Shown here: positions 63,151 to 64,000 of the stretch, piece after piece
Position numbering within the stretch: position 1 is the first letter of the stretch
Layout of the letters: each line of letters begins with the position of its first letter
Source: Thelocarpon superellum
Taxonomy: Eukaryota
Direction: 5' to 3'
Assembly (NCBI GenBank): GCA_026025795.1
Contig: JAPEUG010000054.1
Location: 1 to 64,000 of the forward strand
DNA length: 64,000 nucleotides
Program-made: the position numbers and the translations under genes
Notes under the pieces: model-generated
What the model was told of the DNA's origin: nothing
Databases searched by the model: none
Seen by the model: only the letters and a program-made list of their open reading frames with translations

Positions 63151-64000
63151 ATGCATCTTCTCTCGTGGCTCACCACCTGGCCCGCCTTGGTCTTGCTCCC
63201 CTCCCTCCCCACGGTGCGTGCTCAGCAAAATACCACACACTTCACGACGCTCGTCGACGCCTTTCCCGACCTCTACACTCTGCAAAAGCCCTTGACCAGG
63301 CCCACATACTTGGGCGGCCAAGACTTCGACCGTTGCTGCCGCGTCGCCGTGAGCGAGATGTTCTATATCGGCGACGATGGCTTGCTGCAGAAGCGTCCTT
63401 CAACGGCCGACATCACCATCGACGCGGGCCCTGACGCATTCCTCAACTCGTTCCCATGCAACGCCAGCTATTCGCAAAATCCAAATGGTAGCCCGACGGT
63501 GGCCGTGAGCTTCAATTGGTGCTCGTCGAACTGCGGCGGTTGGGAGCTCTCCAGTGGCTCGAATCTGAAGCAGTGGGTGCAACCGCTGGTGGGCTTCATC
63601 CTGCCCGCCGTCGTCTTCTGTCTGGCGATACCTCGCCGCCGCCGGCTGTACATCCCCGACAGTCTGTTCCCCAGCGACGTCACCAATTGGATGAAGCTTT
63701 TCAAAGCCATGTTCTTTGCCATAACCGCTGCCCTGATCGTCACGGTCGACACCATCGTCTGGCTGTGCGTCGTCTTCGCCTTCTCCGGGCCTTTGCTGCT
63801 GAGTGGGCTCTACGAAGCCCTGCTGGACAAGCGTGTGATCGACCACATGCAGGAGAAGCTCGACAATCGGAGGCTCAGTGTCCAAATGCGGGCGCGCATC
63901 TATTATACCGTGCTCGTGGGCAACCTCGACGTCGATCAAGCCTGGAATTCCACCATGGACCTGACCTCGCGTCTTCCCAACACTATCCCAGATACGGACA
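63151..64000 (+). CDS. Secreted/membrane protein of unknown function, truncated by the window end
   Basis: Stop-free frame from ATG 63151 to the end of the window (absent from the ORF track). Signal peptide 'MHLLSWLTTWPALVLLPSLPTVRA', Cys-containing ectodomain 'CC...PC...WCSSNCGGW', then TM segments 'QWVQPLVGFILPAVVFCLAIPRRRR' and 'TIVWLCVVFAFSGPLLLSGLYEA'. Confidence 0.85.
   Translation, partial: MHLLSWLTTWPALVLLPSLPTVRAQQNTTHFTTLVDAFPDLYTLQKPLTRPTYLGGQDFDRCCRVAVSEMFYIGDDGLLQKRPSTADITIDAGPDAFLNSFPCNASYSQNPNGSPTVAVSFNWCSSNCGGWELSSGSNLKQWVQPLVGFILPAVVFCLAIPRRRRLYIPDSLFPSDVTNWMKLFKAMFFAITAALIVTVDTIVWLCVVFAFSGPLLLSGLYEALLDKRVIDHMQEKLDNRRLSVQMRARIYYTVLVGNLDVDQAWNSTMDLTSRLPNTIPDTD

Overview
Gene-dense genomic DNA from a filamentous ascomycete (Pezizomycotina-like: short GT-AG introns with CTGAC/CTAAC branch sites, GC-rich codons). 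The left ~39 kb is mostly housekeeping genes: an SRPK-like kinase pseudogene, an alpha/beta hydrolase, a NAB3-like RRM protein, PTH4/ICT1, UTP6, CWH43, SEC14, MIS14/NSL1, a hidden 4-exon small gene, a Gap1/Sar1-type RasGAP, RRP6, a 92-aa membrane ORF sitting 26 nt upstream of GPI1, MSH2 and FCP1. The ~20 kb between FCP1 and FOL1 looks accessory. It holds a secreted protein of unknown function and a full-length five-exon nitric oxide synthase-like gene (oxygenase + FMN + FAD/NADPH domains, altered substrate pocket). It also holds a compact five-gene cluster that could form a complete L-rhamnosylation pathway: UDP-glucose 4,6-dehydratase, NRS/ER epimerase-reductase, an SLC35E/URGT-like nucleotide-sugar transporter and two type II membrane DUF5672 proteins that are candidate rhamnosyltransferases. 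The window ends with an HPPK-DHPS FOL1 and a truncated secreted/membrane protein gene. All gene models were assembled by hand and all family calls come from recalled motifs; no database searches were run.
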